Of a DNA stretch of 9,787 bases, positions 7,796-9,787 are shown in pieces. Below the pieces are notes generated by a model. It made no database searches. It was given only the letters and a program-made list of their open reading frames with translations, and was not told where the DNA came from. The position numbers were made by a program, and so were the translations under genes. Each line of letters opens with the position of its first letter. The first letter of the stretch is position 1. This DNA is from Octopus sinensis (lineage: Eukaryota). The stretch covers positions 1 to 9,787 of the forward strand of contig NW_021827819.1 in the NCBI RefSeq assembly GCF_006345805.1, read 5' to 3'.

Positions 7796-7956
7796 TTCTT
7801 TCTGTGTTTCTTTTCTGAGTATCTTTCTGTTGAAGAGCGTAGGCTCGAAACGTAAAAGACTTGTTTTATTTATATTCCTGAGCGCCACACTAATACAATT
7901 GCTTGTTTGTATTCCACCTGCCTTCGTCTTTTGTCTATTTTCATAAACCTTCCCGT
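7796..7956 (+). mobile_element. PLE-type terminal (pLTR-like) fragment, family C
   Basis: Homologous to 5713-5910 and 9550-9732 (TTTCTGTTGAA, GGCTCGAAACG, TTCCTGAG, CACCTG.CTT.GTCTTTTGT). It is flanked by TG/TA tracts and its 3' end runs into (TA)n at 7957. Confidence 0.7.
7821..7860 (+). ncRNA. Minimal type I hammerhead-like motif (CUGUUGA variant core)
   Basis: UCUUU CUGUUGA A GAGC-GUAG-GCUC GAAA C GUA|AAAGA. Helix I has 5 bp and helix II has 4 bp; helix III is the palindrome ACGU. It has a GUA site (7852-7854) and an A6-to-U deviation. Confidence 0.6.
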
Positions 7957-7982
7957 TATATATATATATATATATATATATA
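7957..7982. repeat. (TA)n tract shared by two convergent element ends
   Basis: Directly visible. Confidence 0.95.
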
Positions 7983-8378
7983 CTAAGCAATAAAGGGTTT
8001 AGCAACGAATTGCCTTACCACATACCGAATTTAGAAATAGCAGTCAAAGAGTTATAGCTATTTCTTCTACTAAAAAGGGAGATCTCAGTAAAAACAGCAA
8101 TTGGAAGGCAGACACAAACAGGTAAGAGAGAATGAATTGACGGCAATCTATCATACAATTTTAAGTTATCTACGGACGCACGTTTCAAAATCAAGTTTTT
8201 AGGAAAGCATAAGAATTAAAATAAATAATTCTACCTTACCAAAACTTCTTTTCTCTTCAGCGTAGAATACTATAATCATAAATGATTATATATTGAATTT
8301 TGAGATACTAGAAGGCACCAACTCAACTCGTATCAGAGCGAGCTAGAATCCGCAACTAGTATCACTAAATTCAAAGTG
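7983..8378 (-). mobile_element. Hammerhead-bearing PLE-type terminal fragment, family B
   Basis: A 396-bp unique segment bounded on both sides by (TA)n and carrying the 8266-8169 hammerhead. Confidence 0.6.
8164..8271 (-). ncRNA. Type I hammerhead ribozyme with canonical core and long stem II
   Basis: UCUACG (8266-8261), CUGAAGA (8260-8254), a 67-nt hairpin (8253-8187), GAAA (8186-8183), then CGUGC GUC|CGUAGA (8174-8169). Helix I is a perfect 6 bp. Cleavage is predicted between 8175 and 8174. Confidence 0.85.
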
Positions 8379-8542
8379 ATATATATATATATACACACAC
8401 ACATGTATATACATAATATATATATATATATATACATATATATACATGTATATACATATGTATATATAATATATATATATATATGTATATACATGTGTAT
8501 ATATATATGTATATACATGTGTATATATAAATATATATATAT
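8379..8542. repeat. (TA)n/(TACA)n microsatellite
   Basis: Directly visible. Confidence 0.95.
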
Positions 8543-8708
8543 GGTAAAACGCTAAGATAACAAAAGAAAGAAAGAGATCTCAATATTATGTAAATACAGG
8601 TTTTTCAGATGGCCAGATGGCCAGATGGTGTTGTGGATTTCCACTTTAGCATCCGAAATTCAGAGTTTTATCTTGGCTATTGAATAATGGTCACATATTA
8701 ATTTACAG
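8543..8708 (+). mobile_element. Probable decayed interspersed repeat or PLE-type terminal fragment
   Basis: A unique segment between two (TA)n tracts with a GGAT...ATCC GAAA hammerhead-like half and an 8-bp triplication (CAGATGGC)x3 at 8606-8629. Confidence 0.35.
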
Positions 8709-8794
8709 ATATATATATATATATATGTATATATAGAGATGTATATACACGTATGTATATATGTGTGTGTATATATATATGTATATATATATAT
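8709..8794. repeat. (TA)n compound microsatellite
   Basis: Directly visible. Confidence 0.95.
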
Positions 8795-8796
8795 GT

Positions 8797-9492
8797 ACAG
8801 ACAAAAACAAGCTTCGAAAACCTTGCTTAGTGATGGGATTTATGTACAGTGATGTAATCGTGAATTGAAATATGTAAAAAGATAAAAGTTGGTTATGCGT
8901 GCATATTAAGATTTGTTCTGTATTTTTCAATGAAAAAAGTTTCTTTATTTAAATGTTCTTGTGGAGATATTGAGTCTTTGCACTGGTAGAAGGGGAAAAC
9001 TGTGAAATTTGGTTTGATGTTATCTGCACATTTTTTTATATGTTCACTGAGAGGAATTTGCATGTATTGTGGGAAACGGATTTCCTCTTTATGTAGAGTT
9101 GTTCTCTTTCTCAAGGTCATACTCGTTGGTCCAATATAGTTGTGTCCGCAACCAGAGCAGGTTATTACATAAATTAGGTTCTCAGAGGCACAAGAGAAAT
9201 TATTTTTATTGTGAAAATCTGAGCCTTCAAGTAGGTTGGAGCAGGTTCCACAGTTTGGGTGTCCACATTTTTCAACTGTTGGTTTCATAGTTGTTTTGTA
9301 AAGCTTCACATTTGTTAGTAGTCTCTTTAGTGACTTGTCTTGTTTTTTTTTGCATTTGATGAGTTTGTGTGTTTTGAGGATGTTCATTTTTGGATCTCTA
9401 GTTAGTAAAGGAAGATTTTGCACAATAGTGTTGAATGCATCTGTTGTGTTTCTGGGGTTGTGTGTTGATGTAAATAGTAATGTTATAAATAG
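8797..9492 (-). mobile_element. 5'-truncated Penelope-like element (probably Neptune-like): linker, GIY-YIG endonuclease and short 3' region
   Basis: See the CDS entry. It is bounded by (TA)n on both sides, and no RT motifs are present in the window. Confidence 0.85.
8893..9492 (-). CDS. C-terminal fragment of a PLE polyprotein: RT-EN linker plus GIY-YIG endonuclease (likely non-expressed remnant)
   Basis: The frame stays open upstream of the track's GTG (9423): LFITLLFTSTHNPRNTTDAFNTIVQNLPLLTRDPKM, resembling the PLE 'FxxTYNP...IxxNxxxLxxDP' linker. It continues CGHPNCGTC (Cys motif), NFSCASENLIY (LIY 9177-9169), TCSGC, YIG (9138-9130), LRKR..H, EH, KETFFI (conserved Glu) and LN. The stop is at 8895-8893 and the first ATG at 9387. 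Confidence 0.88.
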   Translation of the reverse strand, partial: LFITLLFTSTHNPRNTTDAFNTIVQNLPLLTRDPKMNILKTHKLIKCKKKQDKSLKRLLTNVKLYKTTMKPTVEKCGHPNCGTCSNLLEGSDFHNKNNFSCASENLIYVITCSGCGHNYIGPTSMTLRKRTTLHKEEIRFPQYMQIPLSEHIKKCADNIKPNFTVFPFYQCKDSISPQEHLNKETFFIEKYRTNLNMHA

Positions 9493-9501
9493 TATATAAT
9501 T

Positions 9502-9549
<48 letters not shown>
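9493..9549. repeat. (TA)n tract
   Basis: Directly visible. Confidence 0.95.
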
Positions 9550-9732
9550 TGTTGAAATTTACAGAAAACAAAAGACAAAGACAGGTGTACGAATGACAAA
9601 CAGGTGTATTAATTTAACACTCAGGAAGGTGAGGAAGTGTTTTCCGTTTCGAGCCTATGTGTTCAACAGAAATGAAAACATGAAATAAACAGAGGAGAGA
9701 ATGAAAAAAACTTTTGGAGCTAGCAGTCAATC
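9550..9732 (-). mobile_element. PLE-type terminal (pLTR-like) fragment, family C, with a decayed hammerhead
   Basis: The minus strand reads TTT CTGTTGA A CACATAGGCTC GAAA CGGA AAACACTT...TTCCTGAGTGTTAAATTAATACACCTG...CACCTGTCTTTGTCTTTTGTTTT. It is homologous to 7796-7956 and its 3' end abuts (TA)n. Confidence 0.7.
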
Positions 9733-9744
9733 ACACACACATAT

Positions 9745-9787
<43 letters not shown>
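9733..9787. repeat. (CA)n-(TA)n microsatellite
   Basis: Directly visible. Confidence 0.95.

Noticed and set aside
9069-9290. 73-aa plus-strand ORF
   Set aside because: It is the antisense shadow of the GIY-YIG frame.

Overview
AT-rich, repeat-saturated eukaryotic DNA with no supportable host-gene exon. The SINE and LINE-tail families look like octopus/coleoid cephalopod repeats (from recall; no database search was possible). The left half (1-5.7 kb) holds tRNA-derived SINEs, RTE-type retroelement 3' ends and microsatellites, two of which grew from retroelement (GAT)n tails. The right half (5.7-9.8 kb) is a nest of Penelope-like element (PLE) pieces separated by (TA)n tracts. It contains one real protein remnant, a minus-strand PLE linker plus GIY-YIG endonuclease frame (8893-9492) with no reverse transcriptase. 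Reading both strands by hand also reveals several type I hammerhead ribozyme motifs from at least three unrelated sequence families. Two on the minus strand fold very well: 8266-8169 (perfect CUGAAGA core, 67-nt stem II) and 7580-7524. A third family has three copies (7821-7860 +, ~5844-5806 -, ~9675-9640 -). All well-formed motifs have a self-complementary helix III, suggesting dimer-dependent cleavage. Apart from the endonuclease frame, I found no other ORF in the track that I could support as coding; most are microsatellite artefacts.
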